Assembly (NCBI GenBank): GCA_963514005.1
Contig: OY740793.1
Coordinates: 15,748,001 to 15,812,000, forward strand
Origin: Raja brachyura
Taxonomy: Eukaryota
Direction: 5' to 3'
DNA: 64,000 nt
Position numbers and translations under genes: made by a program. Below the pieces are notes generated by a model. That model was not told the origin of the DNA and ran no database searches. It worked only from the letters and a program-made list of their open reading frames with translations. Positions within the stretch are counted from its first letter, which is position 1, and every line of letters starts with the position of its first letter. Shown piece after piece: positions 1 to 12,859 of this stretch.

Positions 1-139
1 GCCACAATGTTTCCCTCACATACTTAATCTACAGACAGACACAAATTGCTGGAATAACTCAGCGGCTCAGGCAGCAACTCTGGATAGTGCTCCCCTCCAC
101 GAATGAAACAATATACTTAGTTTAAAGGATTATTTTGCT

Positions 140-400
140 TTTGGTTCAGTTTAATTTAGTAGAGATTCGGCATGGAAACAAGCCCACTGACCCACCAATT
201 CCACTCCCTGCAAATTTAAGGCACTTTTTTGCAGAGACCAATTAACCTACAAACCCACACGCGGGAAATGGATGGAAACCGGAGCACCCGGAGGAAACCC
301 ACGCGGTCACAACGAGAATGTACAAACTGCATACAGACAGCACTGGTGGTCAGGATCGAACCTGTGCCTCTGGTGCTGTGAGACAGCAGCATTACCACCT
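140..400 (-). mobile_element. V-SINE (HE1-like)
   Basis: Reverse complement of the V-core and box B. Confidence 0.72.
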
Positions 401-446
401 TAAATAATCAAGTTGGCGTAACAAAAATAATAAATCTTTTGCTTAC

Positions 447-1266
447 CTCTGGTTCTATTTATAAGTTTAAATACTTCATTTTGGTTTATATTTTTGTTTG
501 CAGGGAGATCGGGTAAATAAACATTTGCTCCAAAGTCTATGAGCAGCTGCACATACTCTGTCCCACAACCATATCTGAAACACATCTCCAGTGCAGTCTT
601 GCGCGACTTAATTCGTGACAGCAGTTTTTTCTCGGTGCAATTAAAATCTGGGTTAGCTCCATGCAAAAGAAGAAGGCGGAAGCAGTCAAAGTGTCCATAC
701 ACCAAAGAGATGTATAGAGGACCACTGCACGCACAGGGATTGGAGGCCCAGTCTGGTGCTTTGGAACGGACATTGACTTCTGCTCCATGCTCCAACAGTT
801 CCCTCAATATCTCCACCTCTCCTTCTCTCGCAGCGATCAGAATCGGTGAGCTGTTGTTATGTCTACTGCCGTTAGGATCAGCTCCAGCCCTGAGCAACGC
901 CTGGACACAGTCTAGATGCCTGCCACTAACAGCAGTGAACAACGGCGTTTGTGCCTTCACATCCAAACTGTCCACGTTCGCACCATGAGCCAGGAGGACC
1001 TCCAGACATTTCAGGTGTCCTCCCATGGCCGCTAAACGTAGAGGGGTCCCTGGGACACCCCAGCCACTCCGGCTATTGATAAATTTGGCATACCTCTCCT
1101 GGGATAAAAGTCCAGCTAATAGTTTGTCATCGTCATTGGAGACAGCTTGGTTCAGCTGACCTATTTCCCCATTCTCATCTTCTTCATCTCTTGGCTGGAG
1201 CATGGAAAATATCTTGGTGATGTCGACCAGGCTCATTTCCACAGGCCACGTAATCGCCAGTTCCAT
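447..1266 (-). CDS. ASB12: Ankyrin repeat and SOCS box protein 12, main ankyrin exon (final SOCS-box exon lies left of the window)
   Basis: ORF 400..1326 reads MSLVDITKIFSMLQP...FINSRSGWGVPGTPLRLAA...DSLDVKAQTPLFTAVS, matching the recalled ASB12 sequence. In-frame ATGs at 1266 and 1236. Donor AG|GTAAG after 447 (phase 1), just before where the SOCS box would start. Neighbour of MTMR8, as in human. Confidence 0.93.
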
Positions 1267-1550
1267 GTCAATGAAATCTCTCCTAGTTAGCTTCAGACAC
1301 AACCAGGCATATTTGTTTTCAGTCACTCTTTAAATGTTGCAGATGATCGCTGACATAAAGAAACAACAGCAAGGAGTTTTGGCGTCAAAACGCTCTATTG
1401 ATTCTCCACTGGTCAAGCAACACACAAGAAAGTTGTCTTAAATATACTTCTGTTTCGCAAATTGTTACATTGATCCAAGCAGCTTGCTGTGGCTAGTATC
1501 CTTCACAAATGCCACAGCAAATGCTTTGGAGCATAGATCTACAGGGGAGG

Positions 1551-1560
1551 CTAATTTTAG
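1551..1560. promoter_or_regulatory. MEF2 consensus site upstream of ASB12
   Basis: CTAATTTTAG fits YTA(W)4TAR. A near-match GTAAATATAG at 1601-1610 and CAAATG E-boxes at ~1506 and ~1518 are nearby. Confidence 0.4.
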
Positions 1561-1621
1561 CCTTCTTTCCTTCCTTACTTGGTCAGCCCTACCACTGGGA
1601 GTAAATATAGATAGGTGACAA

Positions 1622-1642
1622 TGTGTGTGTGTGTGTGTGTGT
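1622..1642. repeat. (TG)n microsatellite
   Basis: tgtgtg run. Confidence 0.9.
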
Positions 1643-2279
1643 CTGTCTGCTTGATTGAAATCAAGAGATAGGCGTAGGAGAGGTTCAAGTGAAATAAGGA
1701 ATAATACTCAAATACAATTGCAAACTCCTTTCTGTTCTTTCCTTACATCAGCGTCTATCATAACGCAGCCAAAATGTAAGGAGTAATTAGAATGAACTGT
1801 ATCTCGCCGTGTCTGAAACTGACTAGAATTATCCACAGAACATGAATGGATGCCATTAAAATTGGTTTAGTAAATAAAAGTGGAATATTGGCATTGGTTT
1901 CTCAAATAGATTACAACTTCTGTGTACGCTTTGCTGTCAATGGTATGAGGCTGAGTTGCAAGAGTAATGGTATAATTGGATTGTCAGGACCCACTCGAAC
2001 TGTGGAATGTAGAAGTATGAAGTATCTAGGGAATACCACACCACATTCTTCGTCTTGGTAAAATGTTGCACATAACATTGCAATGGAATCAGGCCAAGTT
2101 GCAAATGTGTACATCTGTAGCTCCTGATTAATTTGTAAGAGCACATATTTTCAGTAATTAGGGACAAGTGCTTTCTTGCTTATGTATTTTTCTGGGTATT
2201 AGTGGCATTTTCAGCATTAAAACAATGCTGCCAGATTGCCAGCTTCTTGCGTCAGATGTGTTCCATTCAATTTGAACAT

Positions 2280-2490
2280 AAGATGGACACAAAAAGCTGG
2301 AGTAGCTCAGCGGGACAGGCAACATCTCGGGAGAGAAGGAATGGGTGACGTTTCAGGTCTGAAGAAGGGTCTCGACCCAAAACGTCACAATTTCCTTCTC
2401 TCCGGAGATGCTGCCTGGCCCGCTGAGTGAGTTACACCAGCTTTTTGCGTCTATCTTAAGTTTAAACCAGCATCTACAGTTCCTTCCTAT
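2280..2490. repeat. Palindromic PLE-pLTR hairpin element
   Basis: GACACAAAAAGCTGGAGTAGCTCAGCGGG...CTGAAGAAGGG...CCCGCTGAGT...CCAGCTTTTTG inverted arms. Confidence 0.75.
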
Positions 2491-4229
2491 ACATTTGAAC
2501 ATAATGGGTACAAGAATAATGGCTACATTTTAACTTCATAACTATCCCCTTGGTAGCTACATGTTATCAGTTCTTATCAGGCTTCTGAATGGTCCCTCCA
2601 TAAGTCAGAGTGCAGTTCCAATTCTCCATTATACCTCATTACAGACACAAAATACTGGAGTAACTCAGCAGGTCAGGTACTCCAGCACTTTGTGTCTTTT
2701 TTTAAAACCAGCATCTGCAGTTCCATGTTTCTATACCTCCTTGCGGACATTGGACTTTTTCTCTTGGACTATTATGTTACAATACTGAGAACTATATTCT
2801 ACATATTATATCTTTTTTGTTCCTCTACCTACTTTAGTTGAATTTGGTTTGATTATATTCATGTATAGGTATGTATTATCTGATTTGATTTTACAGCATG
2901 CAAAATACAGCTTTAAACTGTACCTAAAAAAACCCATCGTTGCAAGGTGTAGGAAGGAACTGCTGATGCTGATTAATATTGAAGATAGACAAAAAATAAG
3001 TCTCTGGTTTATTGCAAAACCGAAACGTCACCTATTACCTTTTCTCCAGAGATACTGCTTGACCCTTTGAGTTACTCCAGCATTTTGTGTCTATCATTCT
3101 TTCTAAATCACTGCACAACCTATTATTTGTTATTTGTAGCCAGGATAACAAAGATATTCCCAAGCCTACTTGTTTTCTGATCCTGGAGGAAAATAGAAAT
3201 AAGGATTTGCAAGCATACAATACCCTACATGGCCACAGCACATTCCAAAATGCCTGTAGCCAATTAAATATTTTTAAGTGGCTGTTATGGGACACCTGGC
3301 AGCTAATTTGGTCACGGCAAGTTTCCAATGTGATAGTGACTACATAATTTGTTCTTTTTAGACATAGACAATAGGTGCAGGAGTAGGCTATTCGAGCCAA
3401 CACCGCCATTCAATGTGATAATGGCTGATCTTGCACAATCAGTACCCAGTTCCTGCCTTCTCCCCATATCCCCTGACTCCGTTACCTGAGCCCTATCTAG
3501 CTCTCTCATGAGAGTATCCAGAGAACCGGCCTCCACCGGCCTCCACCGTCCACTTACTCTCTTCTGTTCTATTCTAGCGAGCCTGCATTTTTAGTTGTTT
3601 ATTGAAGGTTAATATCGACTGAGGCACAGGGATAAACTCTACAGTTCTTGTTCAAGCTGTATCTATGGTTATATTTTGAATCTAGTTGAGGACTGTGCCT
3701 TACTTTAATGTCTCATCAAAAAACAACGACTGCAATCGAGCTGCACTTACATCGAACAGTACAGCACTTACCTGTACATAATTCATATCCCTCCAGTTGC
3801 TGCATATCCAAAAGTCTCTTAAATGCTACTAGTGTTCAGACTCAACTACCAACCCTGGCAGCACGTTCCAGGCACTAACCACAATCTGTGTAAAAAAAAA
3901 TTGACCCGCATATCTCCTTTAAAGTTTTGCTCTCACCTTAAAGCTAGGCCGTCTTGTATTCGATTTTTCCATCCTAAAAGCTTTATCCTATCAATGCCTC
4001 TAATAATTTCACATATTACATTTGTCCTTCAATTCCTCTCTTCAAGGTTTCTCCCCTACCTCTCACCACAATCAGACTGAAGAAGGGCCCCAACGCAAAT
4101 CGTTGCCTATCCATGCTTACAAGAGATGCTACCTGACCTGCTGAGGTACTCCAGCACTTTGTATCCTTTTTTAATAATTTTTACCTAGTAGTTAAATTTC
4201 AATAGAGTGTTCAAGTTCGTGGCCTGTGA

Positions 4230-4520
4230 ATTTAGTTTAGTTTAATTTAGAGATACAGCTCGGACGCAGGCCCTTTGGCCCACCGAGGCTGCACCGACCA
4301 CGCACTAACACTATCCTACACACACCATTACATTTATACCAAACCAATTAACCTACAATCCTGTACGTCTTTGGAGTGTGGGAGGAAACTGAAGATCTTG
4401 GAGGAAACCTACGCAGGTCATGGGGAGAACGCACAAACTCCTTTTGACAAGCACCCGTAGTCAGGATCAAACCCGGGTCTCTGGTGCTGTAAGGCTGTAG
4501 CTCTACTGCTACGCCTTTGT
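4230..4520 (-). mobile_element. V-SINE (HE1-like)
   Basis: (TTTAG)n tail, V-core and box B on the minus strand. Confidence 0.78.
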
Positions 4521-5159
4521 GTAACCTTTCCCCAAATGTTCAAGATCATAAGTTCATATTACATCAGTTAATGAAATCTTACATGGTGGGTTGAAGAAAA
4601 GTGAAGTACTTTGCTCCAAAACCAAGATAATATGTGACAAGGGCATCCCGCCTGTCATTTAGGTTTAACTCAGACAGTTCTCCAGCTGTCTCACCAGCTG
4701 TCATGGACTATGGGGCACAGATGAATGACACGAGCACGTTTGTACAAGTTGCTCAAGCAGCCAACAGTATTACTTGATCAACAATCCGACCAGTCGCCCG
4801 TCAGTTGTATATTCTTAGGATTAGTCCATTGCTATTTCACACATAGCTAATGCAACAGTGTGAATTATAGGTAGCAAGATCAAATTATCAGTTGATCTAA
4901 GATTTATTTTCTCATCTTCAGAAATCTGCGCGTATGCTTATAAACTCTCATAGAATTACTGCTCTCGGCCAATAATCTTTTTTTTGTTGTTTTAGAAACA
5001 TAGAAAATAGGTGCAGGAGGAGGCCATTCTGCCCTTTGAGCCAGCACCGCCATTCATTGTGATCATGGCTGATCGTCCCCAATCAATAACCCGTGCCTGC
5101 CTTCTCCCCATGGAATTCTTGATGGCCAAATATTCCCAAACCAACGGTGAAATACACAT

Positions 5160-5385
5160 CTGACTACGGGTGGGTGCTTGTCTGTATGGAGTTTGTATGT
5201 TCTCCCCGTGATTTGCGTGGGTTTTCTCCGATTTCCTCCCACACTCCAAAGACGTACAGGTTTTGCAGGCTAATTGGTTTTGTATAAATGTAAATTGTCT
5301 ATAGTGTGCGGAGGATATTGTAAGTGTGAAGGGATCGCTGGTCGGCACTGGAAGAGCCTATTTCTGTGCTGTATCTCTAAACTAA
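5160..5385 (+). mobile_element. V-SINE, 5'-truncated
   Basis: V-core and CTGTATCTCTAAACTAA tail. Confidence 0.75.
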
Positions 5386-6399
5386 CAATGTGTGTGTGTC
5401 GCCTACTTGCATTGCTTCAGTCCTTCACAGTGTGGTTGGGTGGGAGGTTACAGGATTTAGACTGGAGTGAAAATGACGGCCTTAATAGTCTGTTGTTGCG
5501 TCAAAGGTGTTTGGTATTGGATAATGGGGAGCATTGGCAGGTCCAGTTAAACTTGTGGCCAATGGTGAACTCAAGGTAATGGTAGAGGATTTAGCAATGG
5601 CAATGCTATAGTTGTACAGATGACCCCTGCATTAAGCAGTGAGGGGTAGGGGTCCATTCCTAGAAAGTAGTCCATGTCTCCATTTTTTTGCAAGCTGCAT
5701 CTCTGTTATACTGAAGAGGATTTGGCAATGGCAATGGTAGATAAAGTAGATTATGCAGAAGACTCCCACATTAGCAGTGGAGGGGGTAGGGATTAATTCC
5801 TAGAAAATTGTCCATGTCTCACTCTTTTGTAAGATGCAGCTGCATCTGCTCTGCATCAAGAAACGAGAGTTGAAAGAAAGTTGGGTGTTTATTTTATTTC
5901 ATGTGAGTTCTGAGAGCTAATTTTACTCTTTACTTGAAATTTCTGGGTGGTGATTTGTTAATTTGTAAACCTGAGGCAAGTAGAGAAGGGCATCAGAGGG
6001 CCGGTGGAAAGATGAGCCAACAAGTCTGTTATAAGGATAGGAGAAGAGGTTGCCAAAGGAAATTCCATCTTGTTTTAAAACATGAAAAATGAAAATAAAA
6101 GGTTGGAGCCGAACAGACTTTCCTCAAGTCTTTCCTCACAACTCGTTATCACCTACCCCACAGCCATCAATGGACCATTGGGGGCTCAACCTTTCTTTGA
6201 TCATCGTTGTTTTTTGGATATCATTCATTCATCCAATGTACCTTCATATCCCTCATTTCCCTTTACCCTGACTGTGTGAAGAAGGGTTTCGACCCAAAAC
6301 ATCACCTGTTCCTTTTCTCCAGAGATGCTGCCTGACCTGCTGAGTTACTCCCACTTTTTGCATCTATTTTCCTCAATAGACCACCAGACCCAGGACCCA

Positions 6400-7728
6400 G
6401 AATGGATTAAAGGCCGATAAATCCCCAGGGCCAGATAGCCTGCATCCCAGAGTACTTAAGGAAGTAGCTCCAGAAATAGTGGATGCATTAGTGATAATCT
6501 TTCAAAACTCTTTAGATTCTGGAGTAGTTCCTGAGAATTGGCGGGTAGCAAACGTAACCCCTCTTTTTAAGAAGGGGGGGAGAGAGAAAACGGGGAATTA
6601 CAGACCAGTTAGTCTAACATCGGTAGTGGGGAAACTGCTAGAGTCAGTTATTAAAGATGGGATAGCAGCGCATTTGGAAAGTCGTGAAATCATTGGACAA
6701 AGTCAGCATGGATTTACGAAAGGTAAATCATGTCTGACGTATACAATATACATTAATGATCTGGATGAGGGAATTGAAGGCAATATCTCCAAGTTTGCGG
6801 ATGACACTAAGCTGGGGGGCAGTGTTAGCTGTGAGGAGGATGCTAGGAGACTGCAAGGTGACTTGGATAGGCTGGGTGAGTGGGCAAATGTTTGGCAGAT
6901 GCAGTATAATGTGGATAAATGTGAGGCTATCCACTTTGGTGGCAAAAATAGGAAAACAGACTATTATCTAAATGGAGGCCGATTAGGAAAAGGGGAGATG
7001 CAGCATGACCTGGGTGTCATGGTACACCAGTCATTGAAAGTAGGCATGCAGGTACAGCAGGCAGTGAAGAAAGCGAATTGTATGTTAGCTTTCATAGCAA
7101 AACGATTTGAGTATAGGAGCAGGGAGGTTCTACTTCAGTTGTATAGGGTCTTGGTGAGACCACACCTGGAGTATTGCGTACAGTTCTGGTCTCCAAATCT
7201 GAGGAAAGACATTATTGCCATAGAGGGAGTGCAGAGAAGGTTCACCAGACTGATTCCTGGGATGTCAGGACTGTCTTATGAACAAAGACTGCATAGACTC
7301 GGTTTATACTCTCTAGAATTTAGGAGATTGAGAGGGGATCTTATAGAAACTTACAAAATTCTTAAGGGGTTGGACAGGCTGGATGCAGGAAGATTGCTCC
7401 CGATGTTGGGGAGGTCCAGGACAAGGGGTCATAGTATAAGGATAAGGGGGAAATCCTTTAGGACCGAGATGAGAAGGACTTTTTTCACACAGAGAGTGGT
7501 GGGTCTCTGGAACTCTCTGCCACAGAGGGTAGTTGAGGCCAGTTCATTGGCTATATTTAAGAGGGAGTTAGATGTGGCCCTTGTGGCTAAGGGGATCAGA
7601 GGGTATGGAGAGAAGGCAGGTACGGGATACTGAGTTGGATGATCAGCCATGATCATATTGAATGTTGGTGCAGGCTCGAAGGGCCGAATGGCCTACTTCT
7701 GCACCTAATTTCTATGTTTCTATGTTTC
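6400..7728 (+). mobile_element. CR1 LINE, 5'-truncated, with an in-frame internal RT deletion
   Basis: ORF 6479..7633 ([25 protein letters not shown]); (TTTCTATG)n tail. Confidence 0.93.
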
Positions 7729-8439
7729 ATTAATGGGTAGAGTGTATCAGAAAAATGGTTTACATTGGGGAAAATTCCTACGCTTGGAATCTGCCTCGTG
7801 TTTAATTCTCATAAAATACAGGAACATTAGAAATAGAAGAACGTCCATATGGTCGCGCAACCTCATTTTGTCATTCAGTGTGAGGTATGGTCAGATTTTG
7901 GCCTGAATTCCATTTTCTTGTCTGATCCCCAATGTAATCCAGAAATGAATCAAGATTAATTTCTGGATTACATTGGATTGATTCAAGAAGGCTGTGGTTA
8001 CAGATTTGTACTAACGGTGCCCCTCTCATTAGAAAAGGCAACAATTAGCTTCTTCTATGATCAGTATCCTAATTCCTACTGGAAGACCACAAGCACAAAT
8101 ACATGCCTGACACAATACCAACTATTACCAAGAATGTTTTGTTTCAATTCTATGATTATTCATGTTATCACAGGACATCTGGTGTTCACGGAACTAAACT
8201 TCCAAGGTATTATTCAGAACAGGAAGGGATGGGATAAAATTGGCAAGGTAACAGGATGCACAGGAAACAACTGTCCTGCATTAATTGCTTTATGGGAAAA
8301 TCCAACCTAACATTTGTATTTTCTATACAGGACCCTGGAAACAGGCCATTTGGCCTCCCAAGGCTACGACAAACATCAATCGTCCATTCACACTGGCTCT
8401 ACATCCCACTCCCTCATCAACTCCTTGCACACTAGGCTC

Positions 8440-8660
8440 ACCTACCGACATTTCAGTCACTTGCCCCTCTCAGTTTTCTAAGAGTAGGTCAAACTTTGCC
8501 CTCTCCCTTGTTCTCTCTCTACGCATTGCCGAAGGAAACTTTCCTGAACACATTTGACAAATTCTACCCCATCTAAGCCCTTGGCACTATGGCAGTCCCA
8601 GTCGATATTAAGAAAGTTAAAATCCCCTACTATGACAGCTCTAGATCCTACTATCACAAC
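8440..8660 (-). mobile_element. CR1 endonuclease-domain fragment
   Basis: VIVGDFNFLNIDW...FVKCVQESFLRQ. Confidence 0.7.
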
Positions 8661-8759
8661 CCCGTGGCACGTGGGAGGAAACTGGGGCGCTCGGAGGAAA
8701 CCTACGCTGTCACATAGAGTATGTGCAAACTCCACACAGGCAGCATCAAAGTGTTTACA

Positions 8760-11700
8760 GGGACATTTGTCCATTTATTTGGAAGGAAATACGTTCAAAA
8801 TTACAATATCAAGTTTAATAATGTAAAGGAATGACACAGACTTTTTGTAGAAGGCTGAAGCTGGGACGATACAGATGGGAACATTTTAACTTGGCTGAAC
8901 AAACACTACTGGCCGGAAAAACAGATCAAAGTGATAACATTTCAGTTTTGTGTTAGAGATAAATTAAATACAACCGGTCAAGTGCACTAATAGAAAAATA
9001 CATTTTTGAACCTGTCATTAAACATCTTGATAATTCGATAAGACAATTGCAAAGTGCTGTACAAACCAAGAGGACACTTTTGCTTGTTTACTTAATAATT
9101 GAATACAGTTTGAGCAGCAACACCAAAGTTTCATGGTTTAAACAATATGTTAAAATCACCAAAGCAAAAAATACAGATATTAGAAATCTGAAATAAAACA
9201 TTGCAAACCAGTGTTTGAGTTCAAGTCACAATCTTGATCAGTTCTGCTGTGGCAAGTGACATACATGGCACAATGCAGGCAGCATAAAATAAATGGTGGT
9301 CTACAATTAAATTACATCACAAATAGAAAGTAACAGTATTCAATTGCTCCAAAGGCAGAAGTGGAATGTTAGTGGTCATTTCTGAGACAAAGACGGCTGC
9401 TAATAAAATAAAAATATCACGAGTCATTTTCTACAAAATCTCTTTGGGGTCACTTCCTTTTTGCTTAACTGGCATCTTAATCTATGTTTCAAAATGCCAT
9501 TCAAAAGTCTGTAAAATTCAAACATGGCAGTCCATTAAATGCTTACGAAAGAAAAATATATACATGACGGATGGTTAACTGAACCATTAAAAGCACAAGA
9601 TCTTGGGCTGATGCCAAGTCTGTTCTGCATTATCTCATTTAATCTAGCATGGTTGCAAAGTGCTATCAAATCCATTGGCACCCTGAGGGAGGAAATGTCT
9701 TTGTGGAATGTCAACAGAATTTGGCTTCCCCCCACCAGCAGTTGATTAGATCGCTCACATCATGTGGAATCCTGCATCTTGGTTGAAGCCATCGGCATAG
9801 CAGATGTTTACACTCACACGGAAGAGAACACTGGTTAGTAGTTTGAAGAAATGAGCAAAGAAAACTGGAGCTATTTTATAAAAAGATTTCCTAATCTTTC
9901 ACAACTTTCTTTTGACATGCTGTGTGCTACTGGGACACCAACCAACAACAAGCATGACAAAAGTGGTACATAAAGTAAAGGGCGGCATACGATCAAATTA
10001 TATCACCAATTAAAAAGTAAGAGTTTTAAATTGAAAGACGAAAGTTTTAAACCATCCATTCCACAAATTGCTGTTTTCAAACAATTTTGCATATTTACTA
10101 TATATGCAATAAGTTACATTAAAACAGTTGTCTGGGGTATTGAAAGAATTTAGCAAAATAAATATGTTCCTTCCTCCCAATTTTATTTATTCAATCACAG
10201 TATATTAGTGTTGCAGACTAGGGCAGTGTTCATTGCTAGCAGTAACCACCCAGAACAGAGTGGTTTGTAAAATCCTTTCTGAGGGCATTTTAGTGTGAGT
10301 TTTGAGTCACCTGTGGCCCAGTCTGCTGAAGGATGCTAGATTTTCTTCCCTTAAGGACATAAAGGTGATTTCATGGAGCCCATTTACTGATAACATTTTC
10401 TCATTCTACATTTTATTTAATATTTGAATTAGGTTCACTGACTGTATTTGTGAATTTCAAAGTCACCCAACCAGCTCAATGTTCCAGGCCTCCAGTGACT
10501 TAACCACAAAGCTATCATATCCAGCCATGGTTGTGCTACGGTTCATAAGCAAACTAATTGGATTTCACGTTAAATGTTTTGAAAAATACCATCTCTAATC
10601 CAATTATATTCAACAGAACATGTACTGGCTTCGAAGCAAAACATAAAGTGGTCCAAATGCATCTAATTTGCAGCAATACGAGCTCCTTGTATAAGTGAGT
10701 AGACAGAGAAGGCAAGGAGAGCAGGACCTAGTTAGCAAATTAATACATTCCCAAATATGAATCAGTGTAATTTTAATTGCAATGGCTCATATTTAAGCAA
10801 GCACCCTTGGTCTCACTGTTAAAATGTGAACCAAATGTCCACACGTGCACACGAACAATACTTACGACAATATATGGTCCATTTTATAGTCACAAAAATC
10901 CTGTACACTTTCTGCATTTAAAACAGAACTATGACAAATGGTCTTGAAGGGAAGCTGAAGCTTCACAACAAGTTACAATTAAAATTTACTCAGCTGCTGT
11001 TGACAGGGCTTTGTCACGGACAACATACAACACCAGTGGACATGGACACTGCACTTCTGCCAAAAGATTCTGCACATCCTCAGTCCTTGAACCATTGCTC
11101 CTAACCGCAAAAGAGAAAGCCTATCTGAATGACTCACTGGGGCATGCATTTAAGGACAGCATCGAGAAGGGTACTGGGGCTTTCCAGATGAGATTAGATA
11201 ACTGAATCTGGAGGCATAGCAAATAATAAATGAAATTTGACTAACCTGGTGTCCACCGTCAGATAAGAAATGATAGAAAACAATAAACCAAACATGTTAC
11301 AAATACATATGACAACTCTTTAATGATTAGAAAAACATACTGTTTTGAACCGCTTGAAAACGTGTGCTATTTCTAATGCCCAATAAAGCAAGAAATCAAG
11401 ATTAATTTGGCAGTAATTATAGCACCAGAGCTACTTTTGAACAGTGAATGTCATGTGATAATCTCACAATAACATTGAAAGAACACCAAAAACGTTTGAT
11501 AATGTTCATAATTCACAGGTTGATAGTACAACCAACTTACAAGGCATTCGGCAAAAATAACTGAGTTACAACCTCATCCACGGACCCAACCTACAAGGAT
11601 CTTTCCACATTAAAATTGAAAACCACAAAACCACATATGTATTCCCTTAGCTTGTGGTGACTTACTTGATCATAAGTGAGTCAGCAGATGGCCTTAGCTG

Positions 11701-12541
11701 AGGTCCTATCCAGAGTTAATGCATATCATTTAATAACAGCAATTCAGCTGATTGAGGTCTTACCCCAAAATGCTCTGCACCAACTATAGACGGGGATTTC
11801 AAGTGTTGAGAACGCAGTAAGATGTGTTTATAACTGGGGGATAATTTGGCATGCAAAGAATAACCAATTAGCCAAAATATCAGACAGGTATAAAGCCATA
11901 GCAAAAAATACGTAACTGAAAGGCAGCTGAGGGGAAATAAAATTAATTAAAGAGGGAAATACAATCATAATCTGATTAAACATTAAATCTAACACGTAAT
12001 AATTTTTAATTATAGAAAACATATAGGTTATACTCAATATATACAAAGCAGTCAGTTTGGTTTTCAAAAAGGCCTTGTACCAAATGCTGATTTCCTCAAG
12101 TCACTGCAAAGAGGCTACTTGCTAAGATTGGACTTTCAAAAGTTGAGAAATGCAATAAGACAAACTTGCAATAACTGGACAGATTATAACATCTGAACCT
12201 CATCTCTACAAACACATCAGAAATTCAGGAGCCTCACTACTCGGGATCAAAATAACAACTATTTTCCATCCATTATGGACATTCACCTAATTATCCACCA
12301 GGGCTTCCTAATGGATAAATATTCACACCAAGAATGTGATTTTTATAAAATTGTCTCTCTGAAGTAAGTCATGCGATTTAAACAGTGAGATTCCCTTTCT
12401 AATCCTGAAATATCTTCCCTCCATTACACAGCTATTTCTTGGCATTTTTTCCCTTTTTGACACTTCTGCAGATGATATAAAAAATATCGTGAACAAATAC
12501 GTTTGGGAACCAACACATACGATTTGTTTTAAAATGACAAA
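8760..12541 (-). other. Probable long MTMR8 3' UTR
   Basis: ~3.8 kb with no recognisable repeats immediately downstream of the stop. Minus-strand AATAAA at 10182-10187 and 8774-8779. Confidence 0.45.
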
Positions 12542-12859
12542 CTATTTTTCATCCTTATTTGGACATATTTCAAGTTGTTCTTCATCTCCTTGTGCGTTCA
12601 ATTTGTTTAAGGTAAGGGAGTCACTGTGATTTGAAGCTGACTGGTGCATTAATGAAGAATCCAATATGTTTTCCCTTTCTTCAGTCCCATCAGAAATAGT
12701 TTCTACCAACTCTTGCATGCCATTTGCCAGTGGACCTTTGTGTTCTTCCATGCTGTCCCGAGTAGCACCAAGTACTTCGGTCTGCGGAGAGTGTTCCTCA
12801 TTAGAAAGCTTTGTTGGCAAGTTAAGAGTGAAATGGGATTCATCTGGATGGAGAGGTTT
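12542..12859 (-). CDS. MTMR8: MTMR8 final coding exon (KPLHPDESH...NKDEK*)
   Basis: Polypyrimidine tract plus AAGCAG acceptor, phase 0 matching exon 13, open to TAG at 12542. Acidic tail is not recognisably conserved. Confidence 0.72.
   Translation of the reverse strand, partial: KPLHPDESHFTLNLPTKLSNEEHSPQTEVLGATRDSMEEHKGPLANGMQELVETISDGTEERENILDSSLMHQSASNHSDSLTLNKLNAQGDEEQLEICPNKDEK

Noticed and set aside
539-988. 149-aa plus-strand ORF
   Set aside because: Antisense shadow of ASB12.
1267-1326. N-terminal extension of the ASB12 ORF
   Set aside because: Starts at GTG; the eukaryotic start is more likely the ATG at 1266 or 1236. The 400-446 tail is intron read-through.
6479-7633. Host RT-domain gene
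   Set aside because: One of many near-identical 5'-truncated CR1 copies with a microsatellite tail.
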